This document shows, one piece after another, positions 24,523 through 37,110 of a stretch of 64,000 bases of DNA. Made by a program: the position numbers and the translations under genes. Positions within the stretch are counted from its first letter, which is position 1. The number at the start of each line of letters is the position of its first letter. This DNA comes from Camelus ferus. Lineage: Eukaryota. The stretch is from positions 14,634,001 through 14,698,000 of the forward strand of contig NC_045698.1 of the NCBI RefSeq assembly GCF_009834535.1, read 5' to 3'. The notes under the pieces are model-generated. The model made no database searches and was not told where the DNA came from. It saw only the letters and a list, made by a program, of their open reading frames with translations.

Positions 24523-24583
24523 TTTGATACAACATTGTAAAATGACTATCACTCAATAAAAAAAAGTTAAAAAAAAAAAAAAA
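24523..24583 (+). mobile_element. Minimal L1 3' tail insertion (~60 bp)
   Basis: 'ttgatacaacattgtaaaatgactatcactcaataaaaaaaagttaaaa(A)n' with TSD aggaacaagagcaatg (24507-24522) / aggagtaagagcgatg (24584-24599). Confidence 0.85.
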
Positions 24584-26139
24584 AGGAGTAAGAGCGATGG
24601 CAGAAGAACAGCGATCACGGAGTATTCAGTGCCAGTACAATTTAAAGTTATAAAGGGCAGTCACAAGAGAGAAGGAAACCCTATACAATTTTATAGGAAT
24701 TTAGTTTCCAGATGGCAGTCTACATTTTTCCCTTATCCTTCTTCCTCAGAATTGTCTGAAAAACTATAAGCACAAAAACAGAGGTCAATTTCAAGGAAAA
24801 CTGAAACGGGTCATATCAAACCACACCACTGAAGCATGCCCGTCAGACGTCATCTAGCCTTTGTCAGATCTGGAGAGAAATCCTAAGCTCTTAGATCTGC
24901 TCATTTAAACTACAGTTTAAGTTCTGGACCGCCTTTCCATGACTACTTTGGTAGAGAAATGCCGTCCCGGAGCTCGGACTTTGTCTTATTTTTCTTTTCT
25001 TTTCTATTTTTTTTTTTTTTTTTTTTTTGGATAAGGAATCAACTAATACTGAGCAAATTTAAAATCGTAGTAACTAACTAGAAAAAAACTAATTTTTTTT
25101 TTTACTCACCACTCCCTCCTGAGTGAAGGTGGATGTTTAAAGAAATAATGCTTTAAAAATGCAAGGAAAAAACCCTCATGAGGAAATACTCTATCTTACT
25201 TGTCTAAAAAAGAGATCATTTATTTGAATGTAGCAAAATCTTCTTGTTTATTTCCACACTTTTATGGATTAAAAAATACTAATTTATACTCATATGACTT
25301 GATGAAATTGTCAAGAGCATAAATTATTTTTTGTACCAACTATAATGATTCTCTCCCTCTTGCATGTCAAAATGTGTTTTTCTGTATCTAAGCTATCTTT
25401 CCTTTTATAGAATGATAATTAACTGTACAGTGATAATTTCCTATCTGTCTGCAGTCTCTCTCACGTCTACTGTCATTCATCTCCATCTATTTTATCCTAC
25501 TCCTTGGAACTTTCTAGATTACTTGATCATAATTTCTTGATATGGGAATAGAAATTTGTATGCATTTTAAAACTTTTCATGTTTTACCTTTGATAAATAG
25601 ATAATTCTGGAAAAGTTAAAGTGATATTAGCTTTAAACTATGATTTTCCATTAATTTTATCACCATGTTAATGTAATGTTATCACAATATTTTAGTTAAT
25701 AGAAGACTACTTACTTAATCTCTTGTGATTTATATTTTTAAACTATTCCAGTTCTATGGTACGTTAACATTATTTAAACAGATTACTATAAAACTATCAA
25801 GTTAGATTTAATTGGCTAAATTCAAGATAATGGGTAAAATGTTTAATACTGTGAATATTATAAATGCTGCACTGAAATTGAATGTTTAGATCTTTAGTCA
25901 ACTAAGAGTTTGATGCAATACTAAATCAAGTTAATTAACAAATAATTTGGATACTTGGACACTTTCAAAACAAGAAAATAATAAAAAAAATGGTTACTAA
26001 ACATAGTTTTAAACTAAATTCCATGTTTCTTATTTTTATGCATAAAATGTCTACACCTTAATGGGACTTGTACATGTTTTTAAACGTCTGGTTCTGTGGG
26101 CTTTTGTAATGAGCATGAGTTTCTGGATTTAATAACATA

Positions 26140-26559
26140 TTTTAGGTTCCTGGTTTAGATAAGAATTTCAAACTCCTCATAATCTCCTCTTTATCTGCTT
26201 GCTTCAAGAAATAACAGCTCCTCAAAGATAAGTTTGTGAACAAAGTAAACAACGTATTTATAAAAACTAACAGTTTGCTCATTAGGACTTGTTTTAATGC
26301 CCTTGCCTCACAGGTCCCACTAATCCAGCTATTATGTTCTAACATCTACCCAGTCCCAACCTGTCCTAAAAGATGCACCTTAAAATCTTGCAGACTCTAA
26401 ACCTATAAAACTATACTGCTTTTATGCCTCATTTTAAAGCACCACTCAGACTCTGTCACAGTGTCTGACAGGCATTCTTCCTTACAGAGCCAATCGCATC
26501 AACTGAGCTTTGTTTGATCAACAAGTTTTATAGTGGCTTCTAGATGCCAATAGCCAACA
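26140..26559 (+). mobile_element. ERV1-class solo LTR (MER110/MER89-like)
   Basis: TATA-like 'cctataaaa' (~26402), U5-like 'gctttgtttgatcaacaagttt' and terminal 'ccaaca'; ~420 bp. Confidence 0.6.
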
Positions 26560-27898
26560 AATACAAAACAATTTATTAAATAAATCCATAATTTCACACA
26601 TACAGCAGATTAATAAATACCTAGTTGTGCAGATGGTGAATAGGAAGATAATTTAAATTTTCTGTATGTTAACAAATTGCCATCTCAAAGGATATAAATT
26701 TATACTGACTACGAGCAATGCCCATTTCTGATACTACATGAGAATGCCACTCCCCCTTGTGCTCACCAAAAATAATATTGTAAATTGTTTCAACTATGTT
26801 ACTCCTGTGAGGATATACAGATTTTTAAGTTATCATTCACAGCTTAGATACAGATATAGAGATGTGTATTCAAGACTCATACCTGCTTTATGTCCATGTG
26901 TTGTGTACTTTTTATAAGGAATTACAAAAAAATTCCTGTGCCTTTTTTATGTAGAAAATAAACATTTTAACATCAAAGGCTGGAAAATGACTATAAATAT
27001 TTTTCTATAGTGCTAGATACAGTCTTAAAAAATAAGTTTCTGACTCTATTTTCTAAAAACTACATTTAAATAACTGCTTTTTAAAAAAAACACGGTTCAT
27101 GTATCATTATCCTTATTGAACTGCTTTGGGATCGTAGAAATGCAGTAGCATCCGTTAAGTAAATTATGATACGAGGTTTCAGAAAACAGAAATAGTTTTT
27201 TGACGCGCGTAACAACAGACCAGGTCTTTCACTTCCTCACTCTCCTAGCAAATGCTGAAGTTCAAGGAAACAAAATCCAATCTTCAATATACCAAACATC
27301 CCTGGACTGTTAACAGTAATTATAGGAGTGAATGGGCCAGGGGCACCTGGGGAACTGGTCAGCTTGTCTCTACTCTAAATTACCTTGAACACTTGGGAAC
27401 AAGATATCATGACCTGCATCTGATCTGTAGTGTAAACCTGCGATTCATTATCGATTGTGATTCATTACCAAAGGAACTGCGAGGCTTAGATATGTTTTGA
27501 ACATGTGCTGCCCCTTCAGAAGGCATGCTGTAAATGGATTTAAAGCATCATTAGGCAAATATTCTAGCACAGTTAGGAAAATTGACTAGCCAGCAACAAG
27601 CGCGATGAGATGGGAGATCCTACTGCTATGCGAACACGTCAAAGTACCAGCATGGGTATGGTTAAGGGTGAAATGAGGACACGTCATTCCAACGGCTTTC
27701 ACACAGTACGTGCCTCAAAGAGAAGCCCCAGTTATCACTATGGAGTTTAATTATGCGTACTTTAAATATTAATGTCAATATTACAAAATAATGTTTGATA
27801 TTTAATCTGTTAGAACTAGGCTAAGAAACAGTTTGTATTTTTAATCTTTCTGTTTACACTTAAGAAGAATGACTCTGGGGTCCAAACTTAACATCGCT

Positions 27899-27918
27899 AA
27901 ACTCCAGTTGGCGCTGGA
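27899..27918 (+). promoter_or_regulatory. Candidate CTCF-binding motif
   Basis: actccagttggcgctg versus CTCF core CCACCAG(G/A)(T/G)GGCGCT; retains its CpG in a CpG-depleted background. Confidence 0.35.
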
Positions 27919-29969
27919 GGACACGAAAATTCTAAAGGCTTTGGGGCAGTTTTAGTCATTCTTTCTCAAATGTGAGTATGACATTATAGGGCAAAATGAA
28001 ATGTCAACTCTGCCAATAACTAGCTAAGTGACCTGGAGTCATGTCTCCAATATCAGTTTCTTTATATTTTTAAATATAGAATTAAATATGATCTCAGAAT
28101 ATTCTTCAGCATTACAGACATGTAAAATTTCAAATGTAAATAATCTGGAAAGTGTTAAAAGCAAATATTCATGTGTATTTATATTGCTTGATAGACCAAT
28201 GGAACATTATGACACTGGACAGGTGGATAGTGCTTTGAAGCTTTTGCTCTATATAGCTAAATAATCAGCTATTTCTATAATTTATCCTCAAGTGTTACCA
28301 AAACCTAGACACTTTAGAACTGATGTGCATGTATACAAGAATTTATATGCATGTTTAAAGACTGAATAGAGTAGCCTGATAGTACTTGTGTCTATTTACA
28401 AAGGAGTAAGAACCCTGAAGCTGAATATTTCTTGAGCTAGTCCATTGTGAGAATGAAATGTCTTTAAAAAAAAATGCATCTCTATACACACACAGATACA
28501 TGTCATTATTTTAAATAACAAAAAGACTGGATTAAATCATAACATTAAACAACAAATAAAAGTTTGCCATTAGCTAAAAAGTCACATATACTTGGCCGAA
28601 AAAGAAAAAAAAAACAAAAACAGAGGGTATACCATTTAGGAAAAGCCTTTTTGACATTGTTGTTCAGAAATGTCCTTGTCTGCCTAGCCCAAATATTACT
28701 AAATGTAGTTTTAGATAAGACCACTTATCTGGCAAAAGACAGAATGTTTAAAGAATGAATATTTGCTTTCTGTATCTCACATAACCCTTCTTAAAACTAT
28801 TCCAAGGATGGCTAGTTTTACTGTTCAGTGGATTACTTTTTTCTAAATCAAGAAGATAGATGTTTTAGGTGAACATGCATGACACACTCAACCTGTAAAA
28901 ACAGGAGTAAGGGAAAGTATAACGCACTGACAAAGGTCAAGGCGTATTAGCAGCAAACAAAAACTGCCTCAATGTTTTCCTTATTTATTCATTAGTTAAT
29001 GCCTAAAGAAACCCAGTGCTGTCAAGGATGATAAAGCCGGAATCATGTCCATGTTTCTTAAAGGAGTTAGTTCTAATCGGCAGATTAATGAAGTGGGCAG
29101 GGCACAGTCAGCTGGGGGATTGGTACAAATGTTTGCTTCCTATGGACATCTTTTTCTTTAAAAAGAAACAGATTAACTTGCTTTGTAAATGTGTATTTCA
29201 TTCATATATTGGCTCAGAAACCAAATAATTGTGAGGCATTTGAATTTCACTGATACATATGGTCATCAATTTGACCTTAGGATACACAAAGGGTGTGATA
29301 AGGTGAGGAGATCCTGGAAAAATCTTGGGAAATGACCAAAGCAGGTCCATGGAACAGACTCATAAACTACCTAAAAGTAAAAAAGGACTAGTACATATAC
29401 AAACTGCAATTGGGCATTTTGATGGGTTGACATTTTTCCCTGACAAGTTCAGAACCTTAAGTGATCTTAGAAATGTCAGAGAGGAGCTTAATAGGCACCT
29501 CAATGAAAACATTAACTACACAATTAAACTTAATGAGAATAAATTCTCCTTTTATGAGAGAAAGGTCAATGCCAGCCTCATCTCGGAAAAAAAGAAAAAA
29601 GAGTTCACACACACATGAAGAAAGCCAATTAGAGAACTAAAGTTAATGCAGAGCTGCAAAGCGAGAGGTTTTTATCAGCTTTCTCAACTATTACTTTCAT
29701 ATTAATCCAAGTTTGAGTGACAAGGAAGTACAGTTTAATAACATCTAGAGTCTCACAGACAAGCCATAAAAAAAACTCAACAGAACTTCAGGATTCTAAA
29801 CATGTAATAACTGTCTCTTCATATCATTTTTTCCCACATATTCCCCATGGATGACAAAATAAAAATTTAAAACTTTGAAATTATATATAAGTGAAAACCA
29901 AGCCCAAAAGTAAGTGACTGAGGCTCTTACATATTTATTGCAATGTTGACTCCATTATTCATTGACCTT

Positions 29970-30170
29970 CAAAATAATAATGATGAGGTTTAACATTTAT
30001 TAAGCTCCAACTAGGTGATAAACTTTGAATCCTTACAACAATACTGTTGCATGTGTAATATGATTATTTCATTTTACATAAAGGAGACACACTCAGTCAA
30101 AACACAGTTTTACTCAGGTAGCAAAAAGCAAAAGCTAGATTCAATTAACTTCCTGGAAATTTCACAAAAT
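29970..30170 (-). mobile_element. MIR SINE
   Basis: 'taacatttattaagctccaactaggtg...aatccttacaacaatactg...ttcattttacataaaggagacac'. Confidence 0.7.
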
Positions 30171-30419
30171 AACTTTCAACTTTTGACTTCAAGTTCATTT
30201 CCGTATTTTGTTTTTAGAAAGTCAGAGACCTGCCATATAAAACTTGTATGGATATTTTAATGTTAAGTCACATTTCATAGAGTCTTATGTGTACGTGCGT
30301 TTTTGTATAATGCAATATTGAACAATATAGTTAACAAATAACTTTGTGATAAATAGGTGAAATTACACAGATATTTTGAGTAGTTACCTAGAATAAGTTT
30401 TGAGAAAGACTGTGTAAAA

Positions 30420-30900
30420 TCAAATGTTTTTTCTCATAAGTAGCTTACAATCTACAAATATATAAACTATATCATATAATACACAACATAATAAAAGAAA
30501 GATTGATGTAATTATTTTGACCCTAATATTTTTAAGAGTAACAAAGCTTTAGTAGAAGTAGAGATCAAAATAATTTTAGGGAAAATAAGAAAGTTTAATA
30601 GAAAAGGTGAAAATTAAATTAAATTTGGAAGACAGAGACTAACAGTTAGGAAAACTGGACAGGAAAGAGGATTTTAAGCAAAGACACTGACAGAAATATA
30701 AATCTAGAATATGGAGGGGTATCTGATTGCCTGAGGATAAGGTACATGTAGATAAAGAATAGTATAATAAAAAGAAACTGTTTGGTAAATAATCTAATAA
30801 TATGAAGATTCTAAAAAGAAAAGTGACCTGATCTGACATTTTTTTGAAAGCGCACTTTAGGACAGACTGAAGAAATAATTAGATTTATATGGGGAATATC
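30420..30900 (-). mobile_element. L2 fragment (degraded)
   Basis: 'agcttacaatcta...aagaaagtttaatagaaaaggtgaaaatt...gaaaagtgacctgatctgacattttttgaaag'. Confidence 0.55.
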
Positions 30901-31244
30901 CTGAGTTACAGATCAGTATATTGTCCAATTTAACATTTACTATGTGTCAGATTAAGATGATACATATTTCAGTAAATGAGAGAGAGTAACCTCAGTCATT
31001 TTGTAATGTTATTTTTCTAAGAGTATTACGGTATGTCTAATTATAAATATTTCATAATTTCAAAATTTCACATACAAAACTATTAATACTTTTTTTGTCC
31101 ATTTAGTGTCATGCCCACCATCTTATATGCTATATTCACAACTTATTTAGAATTAATCATTTTCTTACATATATACTCATGTATTTCATTAAGACATTAT
31201 ATAAAAATGCATGAAGGAGTAAGTCTGAGAGCTATTTTAGATCT

Positions 31245-31568
31245 GAGGTCACAGACTGGTGGGCTGTAACACATATCTGATTTAGAGACTGCATTTTATG
31301 CATATTGTTTCAGATACATTTCAAAATTTCCCATGAAACTAAAAGCTTGGCTTCTCTTTATACATAGCAGATTATTTGGAAAACCAAGCACCTGTTTCTG
31401 GAAGGAGGCAGTCATGAATCTGCAGATAGATCATATACTCTCTCCATACTGAAAATACACTCTTCCACTGGAGAGTCCTCACCATTCCTTGTGACCAAAC
31501 ACGTAGGCCACTGCACTCACATATGTCCCCTGCTTGGCCTCTGTTGACCTCTGAATTGCAGCATATGA
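31245..31568 (-). mobile_element. MER102 (hAT-Charlie) DNA transposon
   Basis: 'gtcctcaccattccttg...ccactgcactcacatatgtcccctgcttggcctctgttgacctctgaattgcag' matches the reverse complement of the MER102 5' end; ~320 bp. Confidence 0.7.
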
Positions 31569-31655
31569 TTTAAAGAAATAATCAACAGCACATGGCAACT
31601 GACTAGATAAGGAGAGTAAAATGGGAGAAAAAGGAGTCAAAAATACATGATTTTA

Positions 31656-32850
31656 GTCTCCCAAGGCAATAAAAATAAAAGCGAAAATAAACAAATGGGT
31701 CCTAAATTAAACTTATAAGTCTTTGCACAGCAAAGGAAACCATAAACAAAACAAAAAGACAACCTACAAACTGGGAGAAAATATTTGCAAACGATGCAAC
31801 TGACAAGGGCTTACTGTTCATATCAGCTCATACAACTGACAATGTTCAAAACATAATGCTCAAAAACAGCTCACATAACACACTAACCAAAAAAACAAAC
31901 GATTCAATTAAAAAACGGACAGAAGACCTAAATAGGTATTTTTCCAATGAAGTCATACAGATGGCCAGCAGGCACATGAAAAGATGTTCAATATCACTAT
32001 TATCAGAGAAACACAAATCAAAACTACATAGTAGCACTTCACACCGGTCAGACTGGCTGTCATTAAAAAGTCCACAAATGATAAATGCTGGCAAGGGTGT
32101 AGAGAAAAGGGAACGCTCCTATACTGTAGGTGGGAATGTAAGTTGATGTAGCCACTATGGAGAATGGTACGCAGCTTAAAAAGCTAAAATAGACTTACCA
32201 TATGATCCAGCAACCCCACTCCTCAGCATATATCCAGAAAAGATGAAAACTCTAATTTGAAAAGATACATGCATCCCAATGTTCATAGCAGCACTCTTTA
32301 CAATAGCCAAGACATGGAAGCAATCAAAATATCCATGGACAGATGATTGGATAAAGAAGATATGGTGATGTGGACAATGGAATACTACTCAGCCATAAAA
32401 AGAATGAAATAATGCCATTTCCAGCAACATAAATGGACCTAGAGGTTATCATTTTGAGTGAAGTAAGTCAGACAAAGACAAATATCATATGATATCACTT
32501 GTATGTGGAATCTTAAAAAAATGATAGAAATGCACTTATTCACAAAACAGAAACAGACTCACAGACGTAGAAAATCAACTTGGTTACCAAAGGGGAAGGG
32601 AGGTGATAAATTAGGAGTTTGGGATTAGCAGATGCAAATTACTTTATATAAAATAGATAAACAACAAAATCCGACTGTACAGCACAGGCAACTATATTCA
32701 GTATCTTGTAATAACCTGTAACAAAAAATAATATGAAAAAGAATACATATATACTCATATATATATGTGAATCACTACGCTATACACCAGAAACTAACAC
32801 AATATTGTAAATCAAATACATTTCAATAAAATGATGGTGTAAATAAAAAA
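31656..32850 (+). mobile_element. 5'-truncated L1 (ORF2 C-terminus plus 3'UTR), artiodactyl type
   Basis: Encodes decayed ORF2 motifs ([16 protein letters not shown]...HMKRCSISL). 3'UTR 'ataaattaggagtttgggattagcagatgcaaa...agcacaggcaactatattca'. Left TSD 'aaaatacatgatttta'. Confidence 0.95.
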
Positions 32851-32882
32851 ATATATATATATATATACATACACACACACAT
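32851..32882. repeat. (TA)n(CA)n microsatellite within the 3' TSD of the L1
   Basis: atatatatatatatatacatacacacacacat seen directly. Confidence 0.9.
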
Positions 32883-32965
32883 ATGATTTTAATTCCGTTT
32901 GGCACAAATAGGGTCACCAAATTTAAGACTTGTTGAGGTACTAGGATTTTTACCTAAATCTTACT

Positions 32966-33497
32966 TGTGGACATACTCTAAAGGTGACCCTCACAGTGTT
33001 CGTTCCCTTGTGAGAACTCTCATGGTGAGTGTGTGTGAGAACTCTGACTTAATTTTAACTTAAAAATGGACACAAAAATGGTGGTGGAATATACATGATC
33101 AAGAGTCTCTAATTATGTGGTTAAATTACATAAAGATCACAGTGCCCACTTGCCTTCCTGTATGAGGATGCAAATAGCTATGTTGTTGGGGAACCCCACA
33201 TGGCTAGGGACCGCAGGTGGCCTCTAGGTTTTGAAGGCAGCAAGAAACGGAAGCACTCAGTCCTACAACCACAAGAAACTGAATCCTGCCAACAACCTGT
33301 GAGTGGGGATGCAGATCTACCAGGTGAGAACACGGTCCTGGCCAACACCTTTGGTCACCTTGCAAAACCCTAAAATATAGGACCCAGGTAAGCCATGCCC
33401 AAACTCTTGACCTATGAAAGCTGTGAGCTACTAAATGTGTATTGCTGAAAGCTGCTAAATTTGTGGTAATAGTCTCACAATAACTAGTGAACTACTA
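32966..33497 (+). mobile_element. MLT1E-like MaLR solo LTR
   Basis: 'ccacatggctagggaccgcaggtggcctctagg...cagtcctacaaccacaagaaactgaatcctgccaacaacc...aagctgctaaatttgtggtaat'. Confidence 0.85.
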
Positions 33498-33709
33498 ATT
33501 TTCATTTCTTACATTAAAAATATTTACTCAGAGATGCTTTTCCATATCTCTAACTATAGTAGGGATGTATAGTTTTTACTCCTAAAGACATCAAGTTCCT
33601 TATTCACAGAAATCTGCAAACACATGAGGATCGCTTTATCATTATATATAATCATGTACTTAGTCTTCTTATAATTATTGGCCAGATCCTATCTCCTCCA
33701 TGAATCAGG

Positions 33710-34236
33710 AGTGGCAGATTAACAATGTCACAATTATTTTTTGTTACTTCTTCCACCAAGAGGTTTGTTTGTTTGTTTGTTTGTTTGTTTGTTTGTTTGT
33801 TTGTTTTCCCATTGTCTTGAGCCTGTGATTGCTTTAACTAATAACAGGATTAGAATGATGCAGTACCAGGACAGACCTAGCTCTGAAAAGATTGCTACCT
33901 TCTGATTCCTCCCATTAGTAGTCCTCTGTCATCTGTAAGGAAGCCCCAGGCAGCTTTGTGAAGTTTAAGTGTCTAGCCTTGGAAAAATGTGAGCCTCTCC
34001 AAAGTCCTCTCCTCTCCTAACCATCAGCCGACGACAGTTCCACCAGCCATGTGAAAGAGGTACCTTGGAAATGGATCTCCCGCCCAGTGCTGAGCCAGAC
34101 AACAACCCGCAGAGCAGAGACGAGCCATCCAAACAGCTACAACCAAACTGCAAGATCATAAAGAAATATACTTTTGTTGATTTACGCCTCTACATCTGTG
34201 GTGGTTCATTACACAACAACAGACGATCAAAATATC
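33710..34236 (+). mobile_element. MLT1G/H-like MaLR solo LTR
   Basis: 'gtggcagattaacaatgtcacaatt...cttccaccaagagg', 'cagccatgtgaaagaggtaccttgga' and 'gagcagagacgagcc...ccaaactgcaagatcat'. Confidence 0.75.
33763..33807. repeat. (TTTG)n tetranucleotide microsatellite
   Basis: About 10 perfect TTTG units inside the MLT1 LTR. Confidence 0.95.
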
Positions 34237-35269
34237 AGGAACCATGTGTATGTTCTCAGTGCTTCTAAGTGTAATTGGCATACATAAGCTTTACCTACAT
34301 TTTTTGAATGGATTAGTGCTGTATTAAGTCTCTTCTATTTATGGAGATTTATTAAGACTTAATTTAATATGAAGATCTGAAATTTATGAAAAACACTTCT
34401 GAATGGAAATGTAGTTTTGGGTGGATATAGATTTTCATGAAAAAAAATTTGGACTTAGAGATGCATATTTTATCTGCAAAGAGGAAAGCATTTAAATTGA
34501 GGGAAGATTAGTTATCACCAGAACAAAAGAAAATAGCAAAAGAAACAAGGCTTAACAAAATAATGGGTATTAGCAGAAAGGCATAGATAGTTCTATATCC
34601 TAGGTTTATCTTTATTTTTAAAGGACATGTTTTTATTACTGCACTTTCACATTACAACTGAGAAATATATAACATTATTTGGAAAGGAAAAACAGATTAT
34701 TCCCCCAGTACGTTAATGTTATTTCTTTATAAAGGCCTTCGGGCACACTCATTTAGATAACATTTGTCAACTATATAATCTTAAATTATTAGTCAACCTA
34801 AACACTTTATTTCTTTTTTTAGATAATACCTAGATATGTAGGTATTTTAGTTACTCACATTTGACAATAATATGGAGCCTCATAATTTACTAAGAAATTT
34901 CCTCTAACCACATGTCTCAATATTTAAAAGTGCTTTTAATTTATCAAAGAAGAAAGCATTAAGTGAAATAATGTTATTATAATGAGTATCATTAGGCTTA
35001 GCGAATAGTGGGGAGATTGGAGAGAAAGAGAGGATATCACAAAATTCCGTAAAACTCCTCTGTAATTTTTTTTTTTATATAGTCCACTTACATATAACTC
35101 CATCTTTGTTAATATAATGAAACTTCTAGACTACTATCACTTTAGAATCCAAGGCTCAGAAATTCAACCCATGTGAGTTAGTTTGATATACAGGGTCATT
35201 CTCTGAATTTAATATATAAACTTTATATAGTTTTACGAATTTATCTGGGGAAGTTTTACTATCAAATTA

Positions 35270-35440
35270 TATTATTATAATACATGCTTTAAGAAGTCCT
35301 GCAGTAATAAAATTGATTTAACCCAACATGTCCTAAAAACATTTCACCACAGTTGACTTCTTTTTAATTCATTTAATTGAAGGACACATTAATCACATAA
35401 AGAAATAATGATCTATGATGCACACTTTGGGAAATATTTT
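35270..35440. mobile_element. hAT-Charlie non-autonomous DNA transposon fragment
   Basis: 'aagaagtcctgcagtaataaaa...tttaacccaacatgtcctaaa...cacactttgggaaata' resembles a Charlie-family terminal region. Confidence 0.5.
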
Positions 35441-35515
35441 AGATGAAAAGCTTCAAAATTCAAAACTGTATTGAACTGGCATGATCCTCTGGAAAGGACA
35501 TGAGGTTTGTAGGTA

Positions 35516-35804
35516 CAATCCTCTGTATTCTTGGCATCCATAAATTCAACCAACCACTGATTGCAAATATCCAAAAAAAAAGTTTTCAAAAAGTTTCAAA
35601 AAGCAAAACTTGAATTCTTCACATGGCACTAACAAGGAACTAGATGTTATAAATAACATACAGGTGATTTAAAGTATGTGGGGGGATGCACATAGGTTGT
35701 ATGAAAATACTAAGCCATTTTAATCAAGGGACTTGAGCGTAGGAGGATTTGTGTATCCATAGGGGTCCTGGAACCAATTCCCAGTGAATACTGAGGGACG
35801 GCGG
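35516..35804 (-). mobile_element. MER2-family (TcMar-Tigger) DNA transposon
   Basis: 'aagggacttgagcg...ggggtcctggaaccaattcccagtgaatactgagggacg' is the reverse complement of the MER2 start. TA dinucleotides at 35514-35515 and 35805-35806. Confidence 0.9.
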
Positions 35805-36184
35805 TATATAAAAGCTAGTTTTATATAACTCCTCTATTGTGATCCTGGGGAAAAATGTTATTTTCTAGAATCCCCACTTCCTTTGTTAGTAAAATTATAT
35901 TACTTTGACAATTAAAGTAAATCATTCTGAAGAACTTTTTATGAACCAAAATGTAGTATATGAATTTTCATAACTATCATCTCAGTTATTGCATTATACT
36001 GTCTGTGCCTGAATAATAGAAAGTTAACTATGTAAAAAATGTCAAACACTCTCACTAAGTGATTCTAATTGTTTGAATCTCTTCTTCACAGTAATGGAAA
36101 ATCTAATTCCCATAATATTCATTAATCTAATTTCAGCCTCTGCACAAAAGTTTTGTCTTGAACAACTGCAGGGTTATACAATGT

Positions 36185-37110
36185 TCTCAGATAGGAAAAC
36201 TGAAAATTACAACAATAGTGTTTCTTCCTAAGTTAATTTATAAATTGAATGCAATTTCAATAAAAACACCATCAGAATTTATTTCCTAGAGCCATACAAA
36301 CTGACTAAAAAGTTCCTCTCCTCTGAAAGATTAGATACTTGGGAATCACCAGGAAACTTGAAGGAAAAAAAAAAAGGCATGTGAAGGTGATGGCTAATAA
36401 TTGAAAATGTTAAAACTGTATAGTATGTTATAGAAATACCCATATAATCCAATGGAAAATATAGAAAATCTAAAAATATACACTGAGTACATGAGAAAAT
36501 TTAGGATGAGATTAAAAAAATCTCAAATTAGCAGAACTAAAATATAGTTAATAAGTGGTATTGTGATAACTGGACAGCCAGGTAAACAATATTAAAAAAT
36601 GTATATATCTTTACTCCAGTATAAATTCTAAATGAATCCAATCTAAATTTAGAGGGGAGGCAGGGCTGACTGCAGTGAATTCCAGGCATGATTCATAATC
36701 CAGAAGGAAAGATCAAAGTATGTAGTGGTATTATAGGGAGTGTACCACAATCAAGTTGTAATAACAGACAAAAAGGAAAAAAAAAATTCCTTTTATATCA
36801 TACTTATATTACAGCAAATGATCAACGTGCATTAGATAGAGCTTTCAAAAGTAGAAACAATACTAACAACACATAACTGGACAAGAACATGGTCAGATAG
36901 TTCAGAGAAAGTAAATACAAACTCAACTTAAATATAAGAGAGTTAACCTTTCTCATAATAAAGGGAATAATCATAAAAGCTCCTAGATAAGTCTTTTTTT
37001 TTTTTTACCTAACATGTTTGAAAACATACTCTGTTGTCTAAACTACAGTAGGAACAGACACATTTATACTTTCCACGTAGCTTAAAAATGGTGTCAGCCC
37101 TATGAATGAT
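36185..37110 (+). mobile_element. Very old L1 (L1M5/L1ME-like) ORF2 remnant
   Basis: 'cttcctaagttaatttataaattgaatgcaatttcaataaaaacacca' and 'taataagtggtattgtgataactggacagcca' are decayed ORF2 motifs (NAIPIK, NKWCWxNW). Confidence 0.7.

Noticed and set aside
24985..25030. Long poly(T) as the tail of a minus-strand retrocopy
   Set aside because: No poly(A) signal, recognisable body or TSD; treated as a simple repeat.
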